NCBI GenBank assembly: GCA_016432465.1
Contig: CP066690.1
Coordinates: 683,666-747,665, forward strand
Origin: Candidatus Sungiibacteriota bacterium
GTDB taxonomy: Bacteria; Patescibacteriota; Minisyncoccia; Sungbacterales; HO2-52-23
Direction: 5' to 3'
DNA: 64,000 nucleotides
Positions 55,796-64,000 of the stretch are shown piece by piece. Each line of letters begins with the position of its first letter. Positions within the stretch are counted from its first letter, which is position 1. Under the pieces are notes generated by a model. It had not been told where the DNA came from. It did not search any database and saw only the letters and a program-made list of their open reading frames with translations. The position numbers were made by a program, and so were the translations under genes.

Positions 55796-57742
55796 ATGTC
55801 CACTTTCCGCTTTTTTAAAAAAAATAGTCATGGAATACAACTTGATCCGGATGAGGTGCTGGCGGATTCGGCCAGCGCCTTACGGCCCTTTACCGTAACT
55901 GAAGGTAAAATGGAGCGTCCTATTGGCCGGGTTGCGGCTGTCTTTTTTTTACTGGTAGCTGTTGGCGGCATGCTTTATCTTTCCGGCCGCGCGTTGTCGC
56001 TCCAGATAAAATCAGGGTCATCTTTTTTCGCAAAATCCCAGGAAAACAGGTTTTTGGAGAGACCCATTTTACCGCCGCGCGGCGTACTTTATGATCGTTT
56101 CAAAGAGCCTCTGGTTGAAAATGTGCCCTTACTCGGACTTTTATTTGACCGAAGAATGTTTTTTAAGGAGAAAGGCGCGCTTTCGCTCTTGAGAGAACGT
56201 CTGCAGGAACGGTTGGGGTTTTCAAACGAGTTTTTGTTGTCTTTTGGATTTCCAGAGGAAGACGATCCGTCAAAACTACCGCCCAAAATAATTCTTTCGG
56301 ATGAGTTATCGCTTGAGAGATTGGTAAAGATCGCGCCCCATCTTGATGAATTGCCCGGAGTCCAGATCTTTGAGAGTTACCGTCGTGTCTACCAAGACCC
56401 CATGGCCAATGCTCATCTTTTGGGATTTGTCGGCAAGGTGTCGGAAGAAGACTTGGCGCGCGAGCCGCAGCTTGAACTGGAAGCAGTGGTTGGAAAAAGT
56501 GGCTTGGAGGCATTTTACGATTCAGAAGTTCGCGGCAGGAGCGGCAGGAAAATCGTGGAAGTTGACTCAAGCGGACGCGAAACCAGATTTCGTATGACGC
56601 AGGAGTCGGCTCCGGGATCAGGACTTATTCTTACGGTTGAAGGGGGCCTGCAAAAAATCGCCTATGAGGTATTAACGCGTTATATCGGAGGAAAGAAGGG
56701 GGCAAGCGTTATAGCGGTTGATCCCAGGGACGGTGCTGTGCGTGCGCTGCTAAGTTCCCCCTCTTTTAATATCACTAATTTTGGGCAAGCTCTTTCTCCA
56801 AAAGAATTTGAGGCGCGGCTGAAAGATCCGCTCAAGCCCTTTTTTAATCGTGCGATTTCGGGAGAGTTTCCTTCGGGATCAACCATAAAGCCGATTTTAG
56901 CCGCCGCTATACTTGAGGAGAGTTTGATTGATCCGGACAAAAAAATTTATACCGAGGGGTTTATTGAAATCCCTAATCCGTACAAACCGGGTGAAAAATC
57001 AGTTTTTTTGGACTGGAAGAATCATGGTTGGGTAAATTTTTATGATGCGATTGCCCAGTCAGTAAACGTTTATTTCTATACTTTGGGCGGCGGATACAAA
57101 GGGCAAAAGGGTCTCGGAATTGAAAAAATTAAAAAATATGCCCTTGCTTTTGGTTTTGGTTCAAAACTTGGTATTGATCTTCCGGGAGAAAGGACCGGTT
57201 TTTTACCTGACCCGGAAACTAAAAAAATCACCGAGCCCGATAACCCTGTCTGGCGGGTCGGCGATACTTACAATGTTTCCATTGGTCAGGGCGGGGTAAA
57301 AGTAACGCCGCTTCAGATGACTATGGCCACAGCCGCAATTGCCAACGGCGGCAAAATTTGGCAGCCGCATATTATGGACGCGGTGCTGGATGAGGGCGGC
57401 AACATTAAGGAGCGTTACCAGCCGCGTCTTATCCGGGAAAATTTTGTAAGCAAAGAAAATTTATCACGTGTTGTTCGGGGAATGCGTCAGACTGTGACTT
57501 CAGGCACGGCGCGTCTATTGGCTGGTCTTCCCGTGTCTGCGGCCGCCAAGACCGGTACGGCGCAGGCGGGGTCCGGCCTGCCCCACGCTTGGGTAACTGT
57601 GTTTGCGCCGGTGGAAAAGCCGGAGATTGCCATAACCGTGATGGTGGAGCACGCCGGAGAGGGAGCCACAGTGGCTGTGCCCATAACCCGCGATATTCTT
57701 CAGTGGTATTTCCAGAGCCGTAAGTTATCAACAGTTGACTAA
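55796..57742 (+). CDS. mrdA: penicillin-binding protein 2 (peptidoglycan D,D-transpeptidase)
   Basis: SxxK (STIKP), SxN and KTGTA motifs. N-terminal anchor. Confidence 0.85.
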   Translation: MSTFRFFKKNSHGIQLDPDEVLADSASALRPFTVTEGKMERPIGRVAAVFFLLVAVGGMLYLSGRALSLQIKSGSSFFAKSQENRFLERPILPPRGVLYDRFKEPLVENVPLLGLLFDRRMFFKEKGALSLLRERLQERLGFSNEFLLSFGFPEEDDPSKLPPKIILSDELSLERLVKIAPHLDELPGVQIFESYRRVYQDPMANAHLLGFVGKVSEEDLAREPQLELEAVVGKSGLEAFYDSEVRGRSGRKIVEVDSSGRETRFRMTQESAPGSGLILTVEGGLQKIAYEVLTRYIGGKKGASVIAVDPRDGAVRALLSSPSFNITNFGQALSPKEFEARLKDPLKPFFNRAISGEFPSGSTIKPILAAAILEESLIDPDKKIYTEGFIEIPNPYKPGEKSVFLDWKNHGWVNFYDAIAQSVNVYFYTLGGGYKGQKGLGIEKIKKYALAFGFGSKLGIDLPGERTGFLPDPETKKITEPDNPVWRVGDTYNVSIGQGGVKVTPLQMTMATAAIANGGKIWQPHIMDAVLDEGGNIKERYQPRLIRENFVSKENLSRVVRGMRQTVTSGTARLLAGLPVSAAAKTGTAQAGSGLPHAWVTVFAPVEKPEIAITVMVEHAGEGATVAVPITRDILQWYFQSRKLSTVD

Positions 57743-57776
57743 TTTTATTAATTTTAATAAAGTAGGTATCACTTTT

Positions 57777-58229
57777 ATGGAATATGTATCTCAAGAAGGT
57801 TTAGAAAAACTCAAGCAGGAACTTGAGCATTTAAAGACTACCAGACGAAAAGAAATTGCAGCTCGCCTGGAACACGCCAAAACCTTAGGCGATCTTTCCG
57901 AAAACGCCGAATATCAGGAGGCCAAGGAGGAACAATCGTTGATAGAGTCGCAGATTACCGAGCTTGAGGAGACAATCCGTAATGCCGTTCTGATAAAAAA
58001 GGATCGTATCAGCGATACGGTTGACGTTGGTTCAACCATTCGTGTTCGGTCAGGGGAAGGCGAAGAAACATATACTATTGTGGGTTCGGAGGAAGCCAGT
58101 CCCGCACAGGGCAAGATTTCCAACGAGTCTCCCTTGGGAAAGGCGTTTTTAGGCCATCGTGCGGGGGATACGGTTGAGGTAAAAACTCCCGGAGGCATGA
58201 CGACTTACGAAATTCTTGGAATACAATAG
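57777..58229 (+). CDS. greA: transcription elongation factor GreA
   Basis: N-terminal coiled-coil with acidic tip (DLSENAEY) and an FKBP-like C-terminal domain. Confidence 0.9.
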   Translation: MEYVSQEGLEKLKQELEHLKTTRRKEIAARLEHAKTLGDLSENAEYQEAKEEQSLIESQITELEETIRNAVLIKKDRISDTVDVGSTIRVRSGEGEETYTIVGSEEASPAQGKISNESPLGKAFLGHRAGDTVEVKTPGGMTTYEILGIQ

Positions 58230-58298
58230 GGTTCTGTTGATGATGTAGATGTTAAAGCAGGGGTTGATGTCCCTGTTTTTTCTTTTTATACTGGGCTT

Positions 58299-59822
58299 AT
58301 GGCTTTAGAAGATATTCGTAAGGAACGGCTCAAAAAATTAGAAAAGCTGCAAAGTACTGGTAGTGACCCCTATCCGGCCGAGTCGGGCCGGACGCATTTG
58401 ATTGGGGAAGTTTTAAAGAAATTCTCGGCATTGGCTAAGTCCAAAAAAGCGGTGGCCGTGGCGGGGCGCATAATGGCTAAGCGCGAGCATGGGGGATCAA
58501 CATTTATTGATATTCAAGACGCAGGCGGTCCGCCCCTTCGGGGTGAGGCTCGCCCAGCTTCGCTGGGCGGCAAAATTCAAGCCTATTTCAAGAATAACGT
58601 GTTGGGGGAGAAGTACGGGATGTTTATGGAGACCGTTGATATTGGCGATTTTCTCGGTATAGAGGGGAAGCTTTTTAAAACCAAAAAAGGCGAGGAGACG
58701 ATTGAGGTTTCTGGCTGGCAGATGCTGGCAAAATCGCTCCGGCCCCTGCCCGAGAAATGGCATGGTTTGCAGGATGTGGAGGAGCGTTTCCGAAAACGAT
58801 ACTTGGATATTTTGATGAACCCGGAAGTTCGCGAGCGATTTGAGACGCGCTCCAAAATCATCAGGGTCCTGCGCGATTTTTTTGAGAAAAACGGCTTTTT
58901 AGAAGTAGAAACACCCATGCTTCATCCAATTCCCGGAGGGGCGCTCGCCAAGCCCTTTGTAACGCATCATAATGCTTTGGATATTGATTTATATTTGCGG
59001 ATTGCGCCCGAACTTTATTTGAAGCGTTTACTCATAGCCGGCTGGGAGAAGATATTTGAAATTGGCAAAAGTTTCCGTAACGAGGGAATTGACGCATCGC
59101 ATAATCCTGAATTCACAGAACCCGAATGCTACGCTGCTTACTGGGATGAAGAAGATATGATGAAGTTTGTTGAAGATTTATTTTTATCGCTATTGAGGTC
59201 GGACCTCGATAGAAGCTATCGAGGTCCGACCTCCAGACATCAAGTTGAATTTGAAGGTAAAAAAATTATTTTCAAAAAACCATTTCCGCGGATCGCTTTT
59301 AAAGAGCTTCTCAAGCGCTACGCCTTAGTTATTGACTACGACAGTGAGTCGCGGGATTCTTTGGCTACCCGTGCGCGGCAATTTGGAATTGAAGTAGGTC
59401 GGCATGAAACAAAAGGGAAAATTGCGGATGAGATTTATAAAAAAATCTGCCGGCCGCACTTGGTACAGCCGACGTTTGTGGTAAATCACCCGTTGGATAT
59501 ATCGCCTTTGGCCAAAAGGGCAAAGCATGCAGGAGAAGTTAGGCGTTTCCAGCTTGTCGCAGGCGGTATGGAGCTCACCAACGGTTTTGCGGAACTAAAT
59601 GACCCCTTGGATCAGCGAAAACGATTTGAAGAACAAGAAAATCTTCGCGGCGGAGGTGAAGAAGAGGCGCATCGGATTGACGAAGATTATATGGAAGCCA
59701 TGGAATACGGAATGCCCCCTGCTGCCGGTCTTGGAATCGGTCTTGATAGAGTGGTGATGCTATTTACCAATACCAAAAACATTCGTGAGGTAGTATTGTT
59801 CCCCACAATGAGGCAGAAATAA
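58299..59822 (+). CDS. lysS: lysine--tRNA ligase (class II)
   Basis: OB anticodon-binding N-terminus and class II motifs 1-3 (FRNEG, GGAG.GIDR). Confidence 0.9.
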   Translation: MALEDIRKERLKKLEKLQSTGSDPYPAESGRTHLIGEVLKKFSALAKSKKAVAVAGRIMAKREHGGSTFIDIQDAGGPPLRGEARPASLGGKIQAYFKNNVLGEKYGMFMETVDIGDFLGIEGKLFKTKKGEETIEVSGWQMLAKSLRPLPEKWHGLQDVEERFRKRYLDILMNPEVRERFETRSKIIRVLRDFFEKNGFLEVETPMLHPIPGGALAKPFVTHHNALDIDLYLRIAPELYLKRLLIAGWEKIFEIGKSFRNEGIDASHNPEFTEPECYAAYWDEEDMMKFVEDLFLSLLRSDLDRSYRGPTSRHQVEFEGKKIIFKKPFPRIAFKELLKRYALVIDYDSESRDSLATRARQFGIEVGRHETKGKIADEIYKKICRPHLVQPTFVVNHPLDISPLAKRAKHAGEVRRFQLVAGGMELTNGFAELNDPLDQRKRFEEQENLRGGGEEEAHRIDEDYMEAMEYGMPPAAGLGIGLDRVVMLFTNTKNIREVVLFPTMRQK

Positions 59823-59837
59823 CTAAGGTATTATTTT

Positions 59838-61154
59838 ATGCTTGATATCAAGTGGGTTCGTGAAAACTCTAAAGAGCTTAAAAAATCCCTCAAAAATAGG
59901 GGAGTGGAGTTTGGTGTGGAGCATTTACTTGAGGTGGACGAAAAACACCGGGCAAAAATTAAAGAGGTGGACGACTTGCGCGCCGAGCAGAATAAACTAT
60001 CGGAGGAAATTGCGCGTTCCAAAGACCAAGCCAAAATTGAATCGTCCAAAGAACTAAAAAGACGGCTGGGCGATATTGAGTTTGAGTTGAAGAGTTTGGA
60101 AAAAGAATTTACTGATTTAATGTATAAAATTCCCAATATACCAGACCCGGATGTGCCGGTGGGAAAAGATGAAAGCGATAATAAAGTCCTGCGAGAAGTT
60201 GGTGAGAAGCCAAAGTTTAAATTTAAGCCGCGAGATTATATTGAACTTGGCACTAAACTTGATCTTATAGATACGGAACGCGCGGCCAAAGTTTCCGGCA
60301 CGCGTTTTGGATATTTAAAACACGAGGCCCCGCTTCTTGAATTCGCGTTGATTCAGTACGTGATGGATTTTCTGCGCCAGGAAGAAAATATCGCCCAAGT
60401 TATAAAAGAAGAAAACCTTAATCTTCTCCTCAAGTCTTTTATCCCCGTTATTCCGCCTGTTTTAATAAAACCCGAAGCCATGCGGGCCATGGGTTATATG
60501 GAGCGCGGCGGAGACGAGATTTATCATCTGGAAAAAGACAACCTTTATTTGGTAGGGACAGCGGAACAATCAGTGGGCCCGATGCATACGGATGAAGTAT
60601 TTGGGGAAGAAAAACTTCCTCATCGCCACATTGCTTTCTCAACTTGTTTTCGGAGGGAAGCCGGCTCCTACGGCAAAGATACGCGAGGAATTTTGAGGGT
60701 ACATCAGTTTGATAAAACAGAGATGTTTATTTTTGCAACACCGGAAACATCACATGATGAGCATAAATTATTGCTGGCGCTTGAGGAACGTTTTTGGCGG
60801 GCGCTGAAGATTCCTTACCGTGTGGTTCAAATTTCCACAGGAGATCTGGGTGACCCAGCAGCCGCAACATACGACCTTGAGGCCTGGCTTCCCGGACAAA
60901 ATGAAGGAAGGGGTGAGTATCGTGAAGTTACTTCTGCTTCTAACACTACTGATTTTCAGGCGCGGCGCCTTAATATTAAAGTCCGCCGCAAAGACGGTTC
61001 GCTTGAATTTGTCCATATGTTAAATGGTACGGCGTTTGTCATCGGCCGCACCTTGATTGCGATTTTAGAAAATTATCAGCAGGAGGATGGGTCGGTTTTG
61101 ATCCCAGAAGTTTTGCGTCAGTACATGGGCGGAATTGGTGTGATTAAACGCTAA
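59838..61154 (+). CDS. serS: serine--tRNA ligase
   Basis: N-terminal coiled-coil arm and class II core (FRRE, GLDR-like). Confidence 0.9.
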   Translation: MLDIKWVRENSKELKKSLKNRGVEFGVEHLLEVDEKHRAKIKEVDDLRAEQNKLSEEIARSKDQAKIESSKELKRRLGDIEFELKSLEKEFTDLMYKIPNIPDPDVPVGKDESDNKVLREVGEKPKFKFKPRDYIELGTKLDLIDTERAAKVSGTRFGYLKHEAPLLEFALIQYVMDFLRQEENIAQVIKEENLNLLLKSFIPVIPPVLIKPEAMRAMGYMERGGDEIYHLEKDNLYLVGTAEQSVGPMHTDEVFGEEKLPHRHIAFSTCFRREAGSYGKDTRGILRVHQFDKTEMFIFATPETSHDEHKLLLALEERFWRALKIPYRVVQISTGDLGDPAAATYDLEAWLPGQNEGRGEYREVTSASNTTDFQARRLNIKVRRKDGSLEFVHMLNGTAFVIGRTLIAILENYQQEDGSVLIPEVLRQYMGGIGVIKR

Positions 61155-61157
61155 TTT

Positions 61158-62351
61158 ATGACAAGAGATGTAAGAACATGGATTGAGATAAATCAAAGAT
61201 CGCTCCACCACAATGTGGAGCAATTTTTGAAGTTGATCCCAAAGAAGACTTGTCTTATGGCGGTAGTAAAATCTAACGCTTATGGTCACGGTCTCGTACA
61301 AGTTGCAAAATCTTTGCTTGCCCTCCGTAGCTTTAGCGAAGGAGGGTGGTTCGGAGTGGATTCCATTGTTGAGGGTCTGCGGCTTCGCAAAGAAGGCGTT
61401 AAAAATCCAATTTTTGTTCTGGGCGCCACACTTCCCTCACGCCTTGAGGAAGCAGCCAAAGAAAACATAATCATTACTGTTTCCAATTTTGAGATTCTAA
61501 AAGAGTTAAACAGAATAAAAAAACCTCCGGTCTTTCACGTAAAAATGGACACCGGCATGCATCGTCAGGGCTTTTTATCTACTGATATTCCCAAGGTTTT
61601 AAAATTATTGAAATCGTATCGTTTAAGGCCTCAAGGTATTTACACCCATTTTGCCGCAGCCAAAGATGCTGCCTATCCAACTTATACGTTGGAACAACTT
61701 AAAAAGTTTAATAGAGTGGTTTCCGATTTTAGAAAGGCCGGATTTTCCGCCAAAGGCGGATCCCCGTCTTCGCCCGGCTACGGACGGGCAGGCGCCTCGG
61801 GCGGAAAGAATTTAATACGGCATGCCGCGGCCAGCGGCGGTGCTCTTCTTTTCCCGGAGGCACATTTAGATATGGTGCGGATCGGCATGGGTTTGTACGG
61901 CTATTGGCCGTCGCCAGAAGCACAAATTGCAAAGCGCAATGCGCCGATCACCCTAAGGCCGGTATTGACGTGGAAAACAGTTGTGAGCGAGACCAAGGAG
62001 ATACCGCGGGACTCGTTTGTGGGCTATGATCTTACAGAACGAGTACCTCAAGATACAAAAATTGCCGTCCTACCGGTTGGGTATTGGCACGGTTACGATA
62101 GAGGCCTTTCGGGCCTAAGTGATGTATTGGTACGCGGCAGGAGGGTTAGGGTGCTTGGTCGTGTCAGTATGGATATGATAGTGGTTGACGTGACAAAAGT
62201 TTCTAAAGTTAAGGCGGGCGACGAGGTTACGCTTGTTGGACGAAGCGGTAAAGAGGTAATCTGGGCGGACGAACTTGCACTTAAAATCGGCACAAGTCAG
62301 TATGAATTTTTAACTCGTATTAACCCCTTGATTAAAAGATTTATAGTATGA
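61158..62351 (+). CDS. alr: alanine racemase with a low-complexity Gly/Ser/Ala insertion
   Basis: PLP-Lys motif AVVKSNAYGHG and the C-terminal beta domain. Confidence 0.85.
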   Translation: MTRDVRTWIEINQRSLHHNVEQFLKLIPKKTCLMAVVKSNAYGHGLVQVAKSLLALRSFSEGGWFGVDSIVEGLRLRKEGVKNPIFVLGATLPSRLEEAAKENIIITVSNFEILKELNRIKKPPVFHVKMDTGMHRQGFLSTDIPKVLKLLKSYRLRPQGIYTHFAAAKDAAYPTYTLEQLKKFNRVVSDFRKAGFSAKGGSPSSPGYGRAGASGGKNLIRHAAASGGALLFPEAHLDMVRIGMGLYGYWPSPEAQIAKRNAPITLRPVLTWKTVVSETKEIPRDSFVGYDLTERVPQDTKIAVLPVGYWHGYDRGLSGLSDVLVRGRRVRVLGRVSMDMIVVDVTKVSKVKAGDEVTLVGRSGKEVIWADELALKIGTSQYEFLTRINPLIKRFIV

Positions 62352-63181
62352 ACACCAGCCGTATTGTTTATACATCCAAAGAGACTAAGGGCCCGGGGAT
62401 TTTATCAAAAAAAGCGCCGAAGATAGCTGGAGTCTCTGTGCTTTTTATACTGCTGGTCAGCAGTCTTTTTTATTTAGCGCGGTTGCCCAATTGGCAGGTT
62501 GCTAACTTTAGTTTCTCCGGCCTGAAAACGCTTGATCAAAATATGCTGCAGAAAAAGGTTATGAAAATACTTGAGGGTAACTATGCGCTTATTATTCCAA
62601 AAAGATCTTTCTTTTTCGTTAATTCTGATAAATTATCTAAGGCAGTTTTAAATGATTTCCCCAACATTCAGTCCGTTTCCGTCACTAAAAAATTTCCAGA
62701 TTCCGTTAAAATTGCGGTTGAGGAACGTGAGCTTTGGGGGATTTTTTGCGCTAAAGCGGTCAAAAAAGACGTTGCGGCGCAATGCGTTTACGTTGACAAA
62801 ACCGGTTTTGCCTACGAGCAGGCGCCGGATTCTGCAGGATTTCTTATAACCAGAATAAACACTGAAGGATTTTCTCCGGAAGTGCCGTCCCAAATTCTTG
62901 AGCCGCCCCTTACAGAACGGATGCTGTTTTTAGCCGAAGAACTTAGGAAAAACTTGGGCTTGGAAGTTATAGGATATGAACTTTCTAAAAAAGTACCGCG
63001 CGAAATTTGGGTTGTGACCAGCGAAGGTTTTAAAATTTACTTTAATAAAGATGATGATTGGGTTAATGCTTTTAGGGTCTTAAAAACAGTTTTGGATGAA
63101 GAAATAAAAGATAAACGGCCGCAACTGGATTATATTGATCTTAGGTTTGGAAATAAAGTGTTTTACAAGCTACTGCCATAA
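62348..63181 (+). CDS. ftsQ: cell division protein FtsQ/DivIB (POTRA domain)
   Basis: N-terminal TM segment. POTRA and FtsQ beta-domain pattern. Confidence 0.6.
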   Translation: MNTSRIVYTSKETKGPGILSKKAPKIAGVSVLFILLVSSLFYLARLPNWQVANFSFSGLKTLDQNMLQKKVMKILEGNYALIIPKRSFFFVNSDKLSKAVLNDFPNIQSVSVTKKFPDSVKIAVEERELWGIFCAKAVKKDVAAQCVYVDKTGFAYEQAPDSAGFLITRINTEGFSPEVPSQILEPPLTERMLFLAEELRKNLGLEVIGYELSKKVPREIWVVTSEGFKIYFNKDDDWVNAFRVLKTVLDEEIKDKRPQLDYIDLRFGNKVFYKLLP

Positions 63182-63227
63182 AACTTAACTCTTGGTGGAA
63201 GATAAACATGGTGTATAAAAATGTTTA

Positions 63228-63254
63228 GGGTTCCCATTGCTGGGAACCCTTTGG
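63228..63254 (+). terminator. rho-independent terminator after ftsQ
   Basis: GGGTTCCCA-ttgc-TGGGAACCC followed by TTTGG. Confidence 0.5.
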
Positions 63255-64000
63255 TACTGTGATGACCCATCCCTAACGGACGGGAGCTTACCTTACACGA
63301 AGCCGGACACTCCTTCTACTCCTTTCTGCCCGTTTTATGTACGGGCGGGCCGTATGGAGTGGGCGCCGTTAGACATATGGGGCGGGGAGGTGCCAGCAGT
63401 AGCCCCGGCCTGGATCACGAACAAACGTATGGCTCGAGGACTCCTTACTGGGCCTTGCCCGCCCCCCCAGGAGTGGTGTTGCCCGCCCCCAAAATAGTGT
63501 GGCAGGCCACCCTCCCCCAACGGAGCGGCGGTACGGCGGGCTCAAACTGCCATTCCCCGCCGTTATACCGCTGCCCCTCCCGCAAGGTTCCCACGCGGTC
63601 GCCAGTTAAGAGCGATTTTCAGCCTTGTGCTGGGTGGCCTCTCGTAAGGTAGGCCCACTGCCCAGCGGCCTAGCGCGGGGGAACCTTGTTAAAGGAATTA
63701 TGTTAAATGGGCTTTCCCTGACTACTACTACCCCGTCGGGCAGCAGCTCAAGGAGGACGCGCCGTCATGGCCGCTTTAGCCCCCATACCCCGAAGAGACG
63801 GTTACCTCGGCCGAGGTCCTCTCCTGCTGCCCCATAGATCGGGGGCTCGGGATACTTCGAACCCGGCCAACCACTGAACTGGCGCCAGCTCAATGGTTGG
63901 GCTTGCAAACGCCAGTTCTGGTGAAGAAAGCTGGCGTACCGAGCCTGGTTCCCGCCCTGCATGCAATCAGAGGCAGGGAAGGGACTCGGGTAGGTTGAGC
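63255..64000. ncRNA. large GC-rich (~62%) structured non-coding region of unknown class. It continues beyond the window end
   Basis: No credible ORF in six frames. Many GC-rich helices, UUCG and GNRA-type capped hairpins, long-range complementarity (CAAGGTTCCCACGCG / CGCGGGGGAACCTTG) and a 34-nt palindrome. Confidence 0.45.

Noticed and set aside
63237-63962. Six-frame ORFs in the terminal region (63237..63497 +, 63359..63652 +, 63625..63837 +, 63335..63520 -, 63765..63962 -)
   Set aside because: Translations are Pro/Gly/Arg-rich low-complexity typical of GC-rich non-coding DNA. They have no RBS and overlap one another.
63255-64000. Interpretation of the terminal GC-rich region as a 16S or 23S rRNA gene
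   Set aside because: Partial look-alikes occur (GCTGGCG..CATGCAA, CGCCCGTACA, GTGCCAGCAG). But the anti-SD CACCTCCTT, the ATGCAAGTCG block and 515F/1392-type universal blocks are all absent, and the look-alikes fall on inconsistent strands.
1-64000. CRISPR array, transposase or integrase
   Set aside because: No run of regularly spaced identical repeats and no recombinase-like ORF was found anywhere in the window. The repeats present are palindromic, MITE-like or single duplications.

Overview
This 64-kb window comes from a small, gene-dense bacterial chromosome of roughly 45-48% GC with strong Shine-Dalgarno sites. My inference is a Patescibacteria/CPR-like lineage. The signs are many small zinc-ribbon proteins, an AlaRS that lacks the C-Ala domain, a 23S-IVS-type four-helix-bundle gene inserted into an operon, sparse metabolism and a semiSWEET transporter. 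Housekeeping content dominates and breaks down as follows. (a) Aminoacyl-tRNA synthetases: alaS, proS, lysS, serS. (b) Transcription and translation: rpoD, mnmA, greA, frr, tlyA-like, holB, and two ribosomal-protein blocks, infA-rpmJ-rpsM-rpsK-rpsD-rpoA-rplQ and rplM-rpsI. (c) Cell envelope: murA, rseP, alr, ftsQ, and two mreB paralogs, one of them with mreC/mreD/PBP2. (d) Metabolism and transport: a complete Liv-type ABC importer, gdhA, gap, trxB. I identified rpmJ (37 aa) and a 58-aa Cys/His-rich peptide by eye; both fall below the length cutoff of the supplied ORF track. Accessory and unusual content is listed here in order of interest. (1) A GC-rich region of at least 750 nt at 63.25-64.0 kb has no plausible ORF and many tetraloop-capped helices; I take it to be a large structured RNA of unknown class. 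(2) The tRNA locus at 101-548 shows a tRNA-Ile(GAT) gene sitting between the 5' acceptor half and the CCA-bearing 3' half of a second tRNA-like gene, followed by two degenerate tRNA-Ile 3' fragments. (3) A 7.5-kb thiol-redox and mercury-type island (34.8-42.2 kb) carries an ArsR regulator, glutaredoxins, DUF3179, a CcdA/TlpA disulfide relay, a MerT-like protein, a MerA-like reductase and a metallothionein-like peptide. (4) Several families of small palindromic MITE-like repeats are present, one of them inserted inside ccdA. (5) A dCMP-deaminase gene is flanked by exact 64-bp direct repeats. (6) A GC-rich (~60%) single-gene island lies between livF and infA. (7) A GIY-YIG gene is frameshifted at a G6 run. 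No CRISPR array, rRNA gene with recognisable universal motifs, integrase or transposase was seen.
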